Shown here one piece after another: positions 23,521-36,331 of a DNA stretch of 64,000 nt. The position numbers and the translations under genes were made by a program. This DNA comes from Octopus sinensis (taxonomy: Eukaryota), in the NCBI RefSeq assembly GCF_006345805.1, contig NC_042997.1:154318001-154382000 (forward strand). Direction: 5' to 3'. Position 1 is the first letter of the stretch. Each line of letters starts with the position of its first letter. The notes beneath the pieces were generated by a model. That model made no database searches. It was given only the letters and a program-made list of their open reading frames with translations, and was not told where the DNA came from.

Positions 23521-26369
23521 TTTTACCAGCTACAACTTTTATTTTGTGCATGATGATGGTCACAATACATCTCCCTTCCCATCATCAGTTTTCTAAACTC
23601 ATAAGTAGTCATGGCTCTGCTGTTTTCTGTTAAGGTCTTGAGCATAATTTTGGAAGGACACCTGTGATTCATCCTCCAATGAGTTAGTTACAAGTGGGGA
23701 CTTAACTAGAGAGCAACTCTGGTTCTCACAGACAGTGCCTAGAAACCTGCAACTGTCTTCTCATTATTTTGTTGGTCAACTGAGGGAGATAACCATAGAG
23801 TGGCTTATTGCTTGCTGTATGTATATTTTTTTTATCAGTGATAATTTTCTAAGATAATAGCAATGTTTCCTCACGTAAGAGCCATGTCTTGTTAGAATAG
23901 ATTGAATGACAAGGTATAATGTCTTGAAATATTTAATTTATGTCTCTGTATATTCTGAATTTGACTCAGCTTAAATGCTCTCACTCGCTTGCTCGCTCAC
24001 TGGTAGGCAGAAAGAGAGAGATCAAACATCAGAATTCAAATAAATCAGTGTCAAATCATTAAAGCCAAATAGATGGCACCAAAATGTCTCTGCCAAAATT
24101 TCTCATTTCTCTTCCAGTCAGTTGATAAAACAAAGTGCCAATAAAGTACTTTAGTTGGTGTGATTGAACTAGATACCTCCCTACAAATTTGTGGTCTCGT
24201 AATATGATTTCTTATATATTTATCACTAAAAGTATTTGTTTTGTTCTGCAGAATATTTAATATTTAACTCCTTTTCACTTAACTGAAGAGCTGTTACTTG
24301 CAATAGACAGGTGTTGTTTTCCATCTAAGAAGAAATTTATCTTGTTTACTTATTGCTATAGAAACAGCAGTAATGGCACAAAATGAATCAACAAACTTAA
24401 TGACATGAAAATAATATCAGAATTTCCCTAACCTCTGCATTGACAATGAGTTTTAACAAAACTTTACCTAATTCTTTTGCTTCCTTGAGTGAGTAATGGT
24501 AGCATTGTAAAGAAAGCTAATTGACTGAGAGCTGAGAGGGAGTGGAATGCAGTGTGGAACTGGAGTTGATTGAACAAACTGGTAACATTATAAAAGCATG
24601 ATTTTCAAAGTAGCTCGGTTAGTTAGCTCCTGGGTGTTATCCAGTTCTTTTCTCTTCCTCCCACAGAACAATAGACTATGTGTGGGTGGGTGGTGGTGCT
24701 GGTGGTATGAGGAATTACAAAGATTTTCCTGTTCCTAAAAGTGCTATTGGTAGCAGTGCTATAAAACACTGACCTAAATGAATGCGATGGAATGTTGAGT
24801 TTTCTTAGAAATGTATTTTTATTTTTGGTTTTGATAATCAATACTTATATTTTGATTAGTCTTCAAATAATGTCTTTAAAAAATTAGATTTATATAACAA
24901 AGGGAGCGAAGGGAAATATTTCAAATGAGCAAAATGCATAAATTTAAATAATGCAACTAGGTGGTGATATATGTAAATCTTTGCAAAAAAGAAAAATATT
25001 CTAAATGAATTGAAATTTGCCTTATCATTGAATAAAGAAAAGAAAAGCATTGTGGCACTTGCTAATGACTTTGGAAGAGAATAGAAGATAATATCTCTTA
25101 AAAATAGCTGATCTTTGTTAGCAGGCATAGTGACAGCTAATAGATGTATTTCTGTGTTATTAGATCTTATCAGCTAAATATTGTTCACCTTGCTTTTTTT
25201 CTTGTTGAACTAAATGAAATTTCAAATCATTTAGAATTTTCTGTATGTATCATTCAGCTCATCACCATCTACTTGAATTATCTAATTTCATGCCAGTAGC
25301 CCACTTAGGTTATTTCCCATGGCTCAGTTTTTGTAATTATGTAAACTATATTTGCCAAAAATCCTTAATACTTTTTCTACTTGTTAAATTTCTGCCAACT
25401 TATCAAACCAACCTGAAAAGGCTATACTTTGCATACAAGGTCTAATAATGCTGTAACCTACTTTAGCACATAATACAGCACATAAAACATATGTAGAAAA
25501 ATATATTACAGAATGAATAAGGTTAATGTACTACATGTTATGCGTCAGTTGTTAAATCCAGGTGTGGTGGTGATAGACAAGAACATCACACCAAAGAGTA
25601 AAACAAAATTTGAGGAAAGTTGTGGAGTTCTGCGTCATTTTAGTGGCCTTATTACTCTGGATGCAAAAATTGAAGTGAGAAAGTAAAAGGGTGCAGGAAT
25701 GAAGTGGAAGGAAATAATGTTTGACTAAATTTAGTGGCAAGACTAGGTTGTTTGAATTGTACATATAAGGAGTACTAGGGAGAGGAGAGACAGATGTTGA
25801 CAAGTGTGCTGAGATCAATGAAAAACAAGGTCAGTTGAATTGGGGCACACACAAACATGGTGGAAGAAGGAACACATAGTTTCAACTAACATTAAAAAGC
25901 AAAGTTTATTGTGATTATTGTTTTTAAACTTAGAATTTTCACGGGTTTCTTTAAGGAGACATAAGAGACCATATCCCCAAAATTCTTGGTCAGATATTAC
26001 AATCTCTGTAAGTGCAAGAATTCTGTTACCTGTCCCAGTATGAAAGTTGCCCGTATTAAATTTCTTCCAATTATCTTCCCTTTGAAAGTCAGTAAGAATA
26101 TCCATAAGTTTCTGTTTATTTTCTCTAATGAAAAGGCAGATTTCAGTTACTTAAATTTTTTTTGTTTTTAATACGTCATTCAATACATTACTATCTTCCA
26201 GAATTAGATTTATTTTATTGTTTTGTAAGATTTTAATTATCTGCTAAGCAATTTATAGACTATTAATTTTTTTTATCCTTTTGTATTTTAATATCTCTTC
26301 AAAGAATATTCAATTTCCTTTCCCATTATCTTGTGCTTTGAGTTGATTTTATTATGTAACTTAAATTTT

Positions 26370-26835
26370 TATGGCCATGTGATGTATATGGATGAGGACA
26401 GCTGCATAAAAGGGTGCTGATCTCTAACTGTGGAGGGAGCCTGTGGGAGAGGTAGATCCAGGAAGACATGGAATGAGGTAGTGAAATATGACCTTTGGAT
26501 GTTGAGTCTTAACATTGGCAATGATAACTGACCTAAACTTTTGGCAATTTTCTGTGCTTAGGAAGACGTGTCAAGCTAAGTGAAATAGTAGTTGTGACCT
26601 GTGCTGGTGGTACGCAAAAGGCAACCATACCATTGACATGTAAAAAACACGCATCCCAGTGACATGTAAAAGACACCTGGTATATTTTAAGAAGTGGTTG
26701 GTGATAGGAGGAACATCCAACTGTAGAAACCAAACGAAAACAGACTGGAGCCTGGTACAGCTCTCCAGTTTATCAGTTCCAGTCAAACCGTCTAACTCAT
26801 GCCAGCATGGAAGATAGGCACTAAATGATGATGAC
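26370..26835 (+). mobile_element. RTE LINE 3' end (ORF end, UTR, (GAT)n)
   Basis: GHVMYMDEDSCIK...GRGRSRKTWNEVVKYDL; tail GCATGGAAGATAGGCACTAAATGATGATGA. Confidence 0.8.
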
Positions 26836-27120
26836 ATATATACAGGACACTATTAGTTCTTTAGCGTCATTATTTTTATGCACACATCATGAGTAATAAG
26901 TTTGATACCTCTTGTGTTTGATGATGAACAGTGACTAAAATCCTCTTTTTAGCATCATTCTCAAGCTGTCTGACTAACAGCATGATCAACAATGGCAATG
27001 AATTGGGTTATTATTCATTAACAGTTAAACAAAATATTTTGCAACTACTGTGGTGTAAATGTTCTTACAGTTATTTTTAAATAGTATTTTATACTTTATA
27101 CACTTTACATTATATATATA

Positions 27121-27517
27121 CTAGCAGTATCGCCCGGCATTGCTCGGGTTGTAAGGGAAATAACTATATAAGCATTTTTAGAGAGTTATAGCCAAAAAAT
27201 AGCAAAAAAATGCATTAAAAATTGAAAAAAACATTAAGGTAAATTTTTTTTTTAAATCGTTGACACATCGTAGATATTTTTAGAGAGTTACTTCCCTTAT
27301 ATAAATGCGAAAAAAATGCATTAAAATGGAAAAATATGATGGTAAATTTTTTTAAAATCGTAGACTCATCGTAGACGCGCGCTAATACCCAGAAGGGCTC
27401 GATATGAATCACGACTATAAGATACCCGCTTTTGGTTAAACTGCACCGCAAAATGTGGGAGTAGTTACGAATCTAAATCGAAGGGGACAGACACACAACT
27501 TCACTCTTATATAAAGA
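27121..27517 (-). mobile_element. Non-autonomous Helitron sharing its 3' end with 18166-18550
   Basis: Minus strand starts TC (27517); ends hairpin CCCGAGCAATGCCGGG plus CTAG (27121); A|T target. Confidence 0.85.
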
Positions 27518-27845
27518 TGCTTTTTTTTTTTTCAGTCATAGAGTTAGATTTATGAAGGTCTTCAGTAGAAAATCCTTCGAATTCTGACTCGCTGCTTGAT
27601 ATAATGAAATTCGTATCCATTTTTTGTCAGAATTACAAATTTTGAAAACACAATAGGAACAAATTTCGGAAAAAAATCTCCCATAATTCACGGAATTAAA
27701 ATTACACTTCGATTTTTGTACAAAACTGTATTTGAAGTGTTTACGAAGTATAATACGTGTTTTCACGAATGTACTAAAGAGATTTACTCTGATATTCTCA
27801 TTTAAATATGAATAGGTAAATTCGGGCGGTTTGGTAACGAAAGGG
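27518..27845 (-). mobile_element. 5' end of a piggyBac-like element, truncated
   Basis: Terminus CCCTTTCGTTACC next to a TTAA-like site (27846-27849); minus-strand ATG at 27620 gives MDTNFIISSSESEFEGFSTEDL, an acidic N-terminus resembling piggyBac-like transposases (from recall). Confidence 0.5.
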
Positions 27846-28129
27846 TTTATATAAGTGTCGTCTGTTTATACATAAACACTGTTTCATACTTTCAGTTTAG
27901 TCTTCCTCAAATCACTCTGTCGCTAATTTACTCTCTTCCAAGAACATTTTCACTCACTCTTATCTGTTAGCTTCCCATACATTTTACTCATGTATCTATC
28001 AGCGTGATAGACAGAAACAAATATTACATCTAGTTTCACTTTATTCATTGCACACTGTGTGTGTGCGTTTGCGTGTGCTGTAAACCAGACTAAGAAAAGC
28101 ATTTGACATACACACCAGAATGTGAGTTT

Positions 28130-28300
28130 TCTGTAAATTTTGCTTAATTGGAGTTTAAATTTTAAAAACTGGACCTCGCATGACCCGATGCATTCTACTC
28201 TTTAAAATGCTAGGTAAATTGTAATTGAAGAAATCCTATATTGTAGATTTCTATAACTTACAAAGGGAGGCAGATAAAATCTGCCTTTTATAATAAGAGA
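28130..28300 (-). mobile_element. Helitron-type 5' terminal fragment
   Basis: A|TCTCTTATTATAAAAGGCAG resembles the start of 18166 (A|TCTCTCTATATATAAACGGCAG); left boundary uncertain. Confidence 0.45.
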
Positions 28301-28699
28301 TAGTATGCACTTTGTATTCTTTATATGGGATACATTTTGTACACTTTATATACCACAAACTTTATACACCTTACACACACACACACGCATATATATTTGT
28401 GTGTGTGTGTGTGTGTACTTTTGTATTTGGTTAGAGCTTTTTTCTTGATTGATCCTTTGACATGAAATGTATTTATTATTGGCATAATGACCTTTCTGAG
28501 ATACAATGCACACCCACACCATATACTTTATTTAGTTGTTGACTTCACAGTCTTTAATGTGCTGGATGCAATGCCTCATGTTATTTGTTCCAAATACCAA
28601 GCTCTTGAATTCAAATTTACTTTTCAACCTTTTAGGATTATTAAAAGAAAAGTAACAATCTAGTCAGCAGATTTGTGGAGCTGTAAGAAAAGTAGACAA

Positions 28700-29345
28700 G
28701 TTATCTTGTAGTATTTGTTACTTGTACATGTGGTAGCAGTCAAATGGGGTGAGTTGAGCTGGTTGCAACCAATGAATTCATCACATCCTTTTTTAAATGC
28801 TGACCACATCCAACTATCAGTCACAGTTGAGGCTGTAATGGACACCCACTCCCAAAGACCATAGATGCAGAGGCTCGATTATGCTTCCATGTTCTCTTTT
28901 ACCATTGCCAGCCATGCTTTCAGCTGTCCTCCAGTTTGTGTGAGCCACCATAAGAGGGAAGCCAGTTTGACCACCTTGTGAATGAATTCCCCAGAGGTTG
29001 ACAGAGAGCCACTTTAGATGTCTTGTTTGTAGAGCTTGTTGCAGAGAGCTGATGTAGCTGTGTTGTTGTATTTCAGGGTTCAAAATGAAGTCCCATGGGC
29101 AAACACACAGAATTCAATGTAGGCGGCAGTGGCTTGAAGACTTTGAGTTTTTGGAGATCTTCAGCTCTCACTGGCCAGGGTTCACATCCATAGTGTGTCC
29201 TGAGATTAAATCCCACCATCACCACTTGGTACCTTTGGGTGCCTTTAGTGAACTCCACACTGTTGCATTCAGGCCTGGTCCTTGGTTTGAGGATAAAGCT
29301 TTTCCTCCTACTAGTTTTGGAAGCCCTGTAAAGGGTTACAGGCAC
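28700..29345 (-). mobile_element. RTE-type LINE RT C-terminal remnant
   Basis: YGCEPWPVRAEDLQKLKVF...LQTRHLKWL; a related fragment lies at about 60700-60855 (+). Confidence 0.75.
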
Positions 29346-29445
29346 TAAAGATAAGGAAAGGACTTTATATAGAATACACTAATGTACTTTATTCATCATA
29401 CACTATATATGTTTTAAATGTGGGCATGGTGTAGATGAAGATAAG

Positions 29446-29900
29446 GCTGTGTGGTTAAGAAGTTTGCTTTTCAACTTCCCAACCACTTGGTTCCAGGTTT
29501 AGTCCCACTACCTGTTACTTTCAGTGTCTTCTAAGCTGGTCTGATCTAAGCCTTTTGAGTAGATTTAGTTGATGGAAAGGGAAAAAGAAGTCCTCTCTCT
29601 CATTCTCTCCCCCCCTCTCTCTCGTGTGTGTATGTGTATTTATTTGTATAAATATATAGTGTTAGTCTATGTTTGTCTCCTTGTCTTGTCACCACATGAT
29701 AGTTGTAAATGATTCTCATTATCATACAAGCAATGTCATTAATTTCCAATATTCTGTGATGATATCTTTGGTTATGAGGAAATATTATATTAGCTTGGAA
29801 ACAAGTGAGGATTGGTGACAGGAAATGTATCTAGCCATAGAAAAATCTACCTCAGCAACAAGCGTTGCAATGTAGGCATTAAAATGATGACAGTGATGCT
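29446..29900 (+). mobile_element. Composite SINE (A head, RTE tail), diverged
   Basis: GGCTGTGTGGTTAAGAAGTTTGC head; TGACAGGAAATGTATCTAGCC...ATGATGA tail. Confidence 0.7.
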
Positions 29901-29974
29901 GTTATATGTGTGTGTATATATATGTACATAAATATACACCCACTATTTGCCATATATTTCACACTTTAAGCAGT

Positions 29975-30335
29975 AAAAAGCACGTAAAAAGCACCATCCA
30001 ATCGTGGCCGTTGCCAGCCTCGCCTGGCCCCTGTGCCGGTGGCACTTAAAAAGCACCATCCATTCGTGGCCGTTGCCAGTCTCGCCTGGCCTCCGTGCTG
30101 GTGGCACGTAAAAGCACTATCCGTTCGTGTCCGTTGCCAGCTTCGTCTGGCTCCTGTGCGGGTGGCACGTAAAAAGCACCCACTACACTCGCGGAGTGGT
30201 TGGCGTTAGGAAGGGCATCCAGCCGTAGAAACACTGCCAGATCTGACTGGGCCTGATGAAGCCTTCTGGCTTCACAGACCCCCGTCCAACCCATGCTAGC
30301 ATGGAAAACGGACGCTAAATGATGATGATGATGAT
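29975..30335 (+). mobile_element. RTE 3' UTR fragment, same subfamily as 6065
   Basis: Three ~60-bp units, then CACTACACTCGCGGAGTGGTTGGCG...GCTAAATGATGATGATGA. Confidence 0.9.
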
Positions 30336-31339
30336 GAATTACACACATGTGCAATGACAGTAGCTGTGAACTTGAAAGTGTTAAGGTCAATGAGACGACC
30401 CATAAAGTTAAGGCAAAATTATGCGTATGACACTGTTCTGATTTCATCTGACCTTTGGCTTTTAGTTTTTGATAGTCTCACACAAAATGTTATGAATTCC
30501 ATGTTAAATTTATCTAAGTAACCTAATTTTAGTTTTTTTTTTTCCTTACTGAGAGTACATTGTTTCCTGTGGCTTTTTAAGGTAAAGGACTTGAAGTGTT
30601 GAGTTCACATTATGTAACAAAAAGATACCTTCTCCATTTTTAATTCATTTTTAACTGTAGGTATTTTTTGTTTTGTTTTTAGGATAAAATAGTTTAGGAC
30701 ATAAATCTAGAGTATATGTTGGGTTTTCTTTATAAATTAGTCAATAATTGGAAAGGTAATTAGGTTGACAGTCACAGCAGACTATGAATTGGTAAGGTGG
30801 TCAGCCTACAGACTGAAGGATTGACAGTTTGCATCATGTTATATAGCTAGCTTCAGTCAAGAAGGGAACCTTTACATGAATGCTGTACCTGCTAGAAATA
30901 GCAGCCTGGTTTCTGTCATATGTTCAACCATCTTAAAATGGGAATATGTTGGATAAGGTGGTTTTGGATACGTACAGATATATAAAAATGAAAAGAATAC
31001 AATCACAGTTGAATTGCTTTTTTATTATCGGTGTGATTAATGAGGATTGATGGGACTCAGCTATAACATGTTGCTGGTTTGAACAAACAGCTGAGCCTCA
31101 GTCTTAAAAGCTGGAACAGACACTGGTTGCTCGTCTTGCTAGACATATCAGTCAAATCTCTTGAATATCAAGCTTTCTGTCTTAAAAATAGGAAAGACAT
31201 AGACAATGTCATCTTAGAAATGCTAAAACAATGATCACTGTTGGACTACCCTTGATAGTAGGTTGGCTCATTCAGAGCTGACCTGGGGCTAATTAATGAA
31301 AGTTTTCATCAGCTCATGTCTCCTATTTGAAATAGGAAC

Positions 31340-31730
31340 TGGTTGAGAAACTTGCTTCTCAATCACATGTTTTCTAGTTCAGGCCCATCACTTGGCATTT
31401 TGTGTGTCTTCTACTTTAGCCCTAGGATGACCAGGGTTTGGTTGAAGGAAACCAAAAGATGCCTAATCAAATGTTTGTGTGTGTGTGTGTTTGTCCTCAT
31501 TTCAATGTTGTGGTAGTTGTAAACATGTGTCACTGTCATATAAGCAGTGTCATTTATTTCCAATTTTTTTAATGAAAGTATGTGGAAATATTACCTTACT
31601 TGGAAAGAAATAAGGGCTGGTGACAGGAAGGGTGTTCACCCATACAAAATTTTCCTTCTTGGATTTTGTCTGATCCATATGAGCATGGACAAGTGGATGT
31701 TAAAATGATGATGTTGATGATGATAACTAA
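31340..31730 (+). mobile_element. Composite SINE (A head, RTE tail), diverged
   Basis: Head at 31340-31480; tail GTGGATGTTAAAATGATGATG. Confidence 0.65.
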
Positions 31731-33162
31731 GAAATGTTTCATTAATTACAGTGAATTAATTACAGTTCAATATCTCTACCAAGATCTCAGAAAAGCAGTA
31801 GGAAACTTTGTAAGGATTGTGATCCATTAGGTTAGAGCATATAGAATTCATGTTGCAAAATGATGCTTGTAGTAATAAAGGTATTTAGCTTGAAAAATAG
31901 TATTTAATTAGGAGATCATATAAGATATTATGTGGAAGATAAAACTTTCATGAAAGCTGTAGACAGATGGGATAAAGTTGAAGGAGTACAAGAAGGCAAT
32001 AATAATGGATGCTTCTAATTTAGACACAAGCCCAATAATTTTGAGCAATGTATGTGCAGAGAGGTGTTGATACCATTGACTCCAGTATTTGACTCATACC
32101 TTATATTGTTGACTCCCGAGGGTTGAAAGGCAAGGTTGACCATAGCAGGATTTGAACTCAAATATGATGATTTTCTGTATTGGCAACAAGGGTCCAAAGT
32201 GTTGAAAACCATACAAAGACAAATACAGAACTGGGATTGGAGGTTGGGGATATGTTGAATAAGAGGGTGAAACTGAAATTTATGAATGTTTACTTTGGTG
32301 CAAAGCTGCAATTTTGTTTTATCATTTAGTCAAACTGTGTAACCCATATCAGCATGGAAAATTGACGTTAAATGATGATAGTGAGTGGTATTGGTTGATA
32401 TAATTTTTTCTTCATCACATATATTTTTCTAACTAGCCAAATAATATGTGAACTTCAAAGCAGACATGGTTTAGCGTGAGATTTTCTAGTGTTATTGATA
32501 TTGACAGTAATGGTGATATAAAGTAATAAAAAAAAAAAAAGAAAAAAAAAGAAATTATATTGGTAATATCAGACACTGGAATAGTAAAGGCAATAGTAAT
32601 TGCAAAAGCATGTGTGGAGTGATTTTGCATGATTGTGTATGTGTTGTCAATTTTACCAGTTAATTGGTTCCTAGTTACTTTTATTCACCAGGATTGTGTC
32701 TGATCCATATGAGCATGGACATGTGGATGTTAAAATGATGATGTTGATGATGATAACTAAGAAATGTTTCATTATTTACTGTGAATTAAATTCAATATCT
32801 CTACCAAGATCTCAGAAAAGCAGTAGGAAACTTTATAAGGACTGTGATCCATTGCCTTTGTTTTAATTAATTTTGGTAATAAGGAAGAATTTAGTAAAAT
32901 AACTTTATCATTATTAAACTGGAGTTTGGAACATAAACCGATATGGAATTTTTATGGAATTTTAAAATTTAGATCACTTTAAAATAAGAAGTTTGTACCC
33001 TAGATCGATGGGCGGTCTTGGATGGTTTTGGTATCAAAAAGGTTTTGTAAAGAGATAGGTATTTTTAAGCAGCACAGGAAAACAGCCCCATATGTTTTGT
33101 CACTGTTTTCTTTCTATTGTGAAGTCAACGTTGTCTTTTATCCCTCAGAGTTTATTTCATAT

Positions 33163-33740
33163 TTTATTTTTTTTTATTTCATCTAGTTTCAGCTCATGAG
33201 CTGTGGCCATGCTGGGGCACCACCATTTAGTGTTGCTACGTAATTTTACTTCAGGAATGCTTTTTAGCTATTTACATTTGGTGCATGAGAGAGTTTGATG
33301 CAGCTGCCCTCATCTGCAACTCCTGCCACGTAGTTGGTTCATCTTGGACACTTGACAGGAAGAGGTTCAGCTTTATTTTGAGGACACCTACATCCACCCC
33401 ATGCAGGTCTCTCAGGTCCTTCGGGAGGATAATGAAGAGCTGTGGACCTCTGAAGCCCAGTTGATAACAATTTTTTTTTAAGACCTGTCCAAAATAGTAA
33501 ATTGATAGAATTCTTGGAAGGTTGGATACAATGTTTTACTGTATTTGTTCTGGCTTTTTATATACTGAATGCCTATGTAGGTGCGTGGCAAATTTGTCCA
33601 TATCTAGCTAAGATGTCATCTTTTAAATGGCATGTTGAATTGAAGCAAGTATAATGATGCCCAGGGAAGCTGGATGCTGCTGATTCTTGCCAACATAATA
33701 TGGTCTTTAACTCAGCTGACAAACAGTATTCATCTGCTCA
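33163..33740 (-). mobile_element. CR1/L2-clade LINE 3' end
   Basis: LGFRGPQLFIILPKDLRDLHGVDVGVLKIKLNLFLSSVQDEP; tail GGTGCCCCAGCATGGCCACAGC..GCTGAAACTAGATGAAATAAAA. Confidence 0.8.
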
Positions 33741-34241
33741 TTGTTGTTGGGTAGCACACATTGAGTTACAAATATTTAAAAAATTACGTAAGAAGAATAT
33801 TTAATTTTTACCACATCTTAACATTCTTGTGAGATGTAAACTCTTAAACTGATAACTTGAAATGTGTGAACTGCTTCTATGTTTGTATAAATATATAGAA
33901 TATTTGTCTGTAATAATTTGTGATAGCTTGTCTAAGTTCATAGCCTTTATTTTTATACCATATTTTCTCTGAGTTTCAGTTCTCTAGGTCATCAGAACCT
34001 TTATTCCAAATCTTTAACTATTTTTGACTACGAAAAATTCCATGACAAGCACATACTGTTTGTCAAGGAAGTCAACATCAGATGTTTGTCAACCTGACAG
34101 CATAGTGAAGGAAGGCATGTGTGTGTGTTTGGCAGTCAATACTGAATATTCACATGCTACTTAAAATACTATTAATCGGCCTTGTAAACGTTCTTTAATT
34201 AATTGTGTTTATATATCTCTTTCAGTTCTTTGTCCAATGCC

Positions 34242-34504
34242 ATGGAAAGCAACAAAGTAATGCGTAGCAAAGGTAGAAACAAAAACAGGAACTCGGCGAA
34301 TAACGCTCAGCTTGACGCTCCTTCGTCATCTACCCAGAATCAGCGTAGCGGTGGCGGCAGGATTAGCAGCAACGGTCGGAAGCAGCGTCGATTAGAACAT
34401 CTCAAAATGGAGCGGAAGCAGCTTGTTCTGTGGCGCTGGCCGTTGCGGACCACAAAATATTTTTTATTTGAAGTCTGGCATTTACTTTCCACTTACACAA
34501 AACA
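34242..34504 (+). CDS. VMP1: VMP1 coding exon 1 (MESNKVMRSKG...ERKQLVLWRWPLRTTKYFLFEVWHLLSTYTK)
   Basis: ATG in GCCATGG Kozak context; putative acceptor ctttcag at 34225 upstream; conserved ERxxxVLWRxP motif; donor CA|GTAAGC at 34504/34505 (phase 2). Confidence 0.9.
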
Positions 34505-35054
34505 GTAAGCTCTTGAGAATTTTTTTTTTATCTCACCTCATCCCACTTTTTTCCAGATCAATATTGACACTTTTGTATTTAAACTGGCCATATCCAACCC
34601 AAATATTCTACCTGTTTTATGTTCAAACTGTCAAGATCCAGCTTCTTACACCTACCCTTCAATGTCATTCTAAAGATATACAACCACATCATCAAAATCC
34701 CACATGCCACCGGCACAGGTGCCAGGCGAGGCTGGCAATGGCCGCGATCGGTTGGTGCTTTTTATGTGCCACCGGCACGGAGGCCAGTTAGGGCGGTTCT
34801 GGCAATGGCCACGTTTTGATGGTTCTCTTACATGCCACTGGCACTGGTAGGAAAAATAATCAGAACTGTGTACTTATAATTTTGTTTGATTTCATTAGTT
34901 CCTGGGTTAAACAACCAGAACAAAAATGATAACAACTGAAGAGAAAATAATTTTAAGTCCTTCATTAATGAAGCTGGTAAATTTTAGTTTATTTAGGTGA
35001 TATGAATGATTGGATCAGTTAGTGGACTTATCTCCTCAGTCTTACACTGCTTCA

Positions 35055-35760
35055 TTTTTTTTCACATAGCTGTTTGGAGTGAGATGAGTTAGGAGGCCAC
35101 ATGTTGGAGGAAAAGATTACATGATTGTGAAATTTCTCAGCTGGCCATTCTTGGATCAAAAGGGCTGTGTGGGAGGGAGCAGAATCTTGTTTGAAAGATA
35201 ACTGGCCTTCTTTGTACCAACCCTTGGTGCAGCACTTCACCACCATGTCCAGAACCTCAGTGTAGACAGTGGTGCTGACTCTGAGGCCCAGAAGGATGAA
35301 GTGAGGCAATATGACATGATCCTCACTGCTCACAACCCCAGAACAAGCAGAGGTGGTGGCAACTTGACACACATCACTATGGGTATCTTCTAGAAATCTG
35401 TACAAAGCCACTTGTTCTCCTTTTCACTTTCTGATCCTGTTCGAAGCTCTTCTCGTCTTGAGGAACCAGAGTATGATGAGTTTCTCTGAATGATGAAGCT
35501 TGTTCGGTTGGATCATATGATTTTCTTGGGTCTTCCTAGATGAGAGCTGCTTTCTTTACTCATCATGTAGGACTTTCACATAAAGTACAAGTCCTGCAGA
35601 ATCCCCTGACACATGCAACACACATCTGAGTGGGCCCTGCTGCCATTTGCTATTCATTGAGGGATTCTGCCACTCTGAGCTGCTTAATGAGGAAGTTAAA
35701 AATCTGGTGCATGGCACTTAACATTGTTAGATTGTCTTCTATTTATGGCTTGCTAAAGTT
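35055..35760 (-). mobile_element. Tc1/mariner transposase remnant in the first VMP1 coding intron
   Basis: GVVSSEDHVILPHF..GLRVSTTVYTEVL...FKQDSAPSHTA...WPPNS. Confidence 0.85.
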
Positions 35761-36103
35761 GTTTTTACAAATACCTAGTTCACTCTGTGCACAGTAATGG
35801 ATTGGGGTCAAGATGGGAGCATTTATTTCTAAACTAAAGGTAATAGCACTCTTATTTACTATACTTATTAGTATCCTGGTGGATAAGAACTCTACTATCC
35901 TTCATTTAGTAATAAAGGTTTCTGATTCCAATTCAGCCTGGTATAATGTATCTCCAGGAATAAGACATTTAATAATATTCAGAAATCAAATTGATTAAAA
36001 CATAATGTAGTTGTAAAATTTTTTTTAAATGTTTTGCCAGGTTTAATTGTCAGAAAATTTATAATCTTACAAGTTGTTATTCTTTTCTCTCCTGTATTTT
36101 AAT

Positions 36104-36331
36104 TTAGTCCTTTGGCATTTAAACTAGTCATTTCAAGCCCAATCATTCTACCTGTTTTATGTCAAAATTGGTCAGATCCAACCTCTCACACCTACCTGAT
36201 TATGTTATTCTAAAAATAAACAATTGCATTATTGAAATCTCAAAGCTACAAAATAATGCATGATTAATTCATAACAACGTGAATAAATAAGCATAACATT
36301 TGACAGAGTAATCCGAATGCTAAAGGGTTAA
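36104..36331 (-). mobile_element. piggyBac-type MITE
   Basis: Ends AATGCTAAAGGGTTAA; body is the reverse complement of 56637-56860. Confidence 0.8.
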
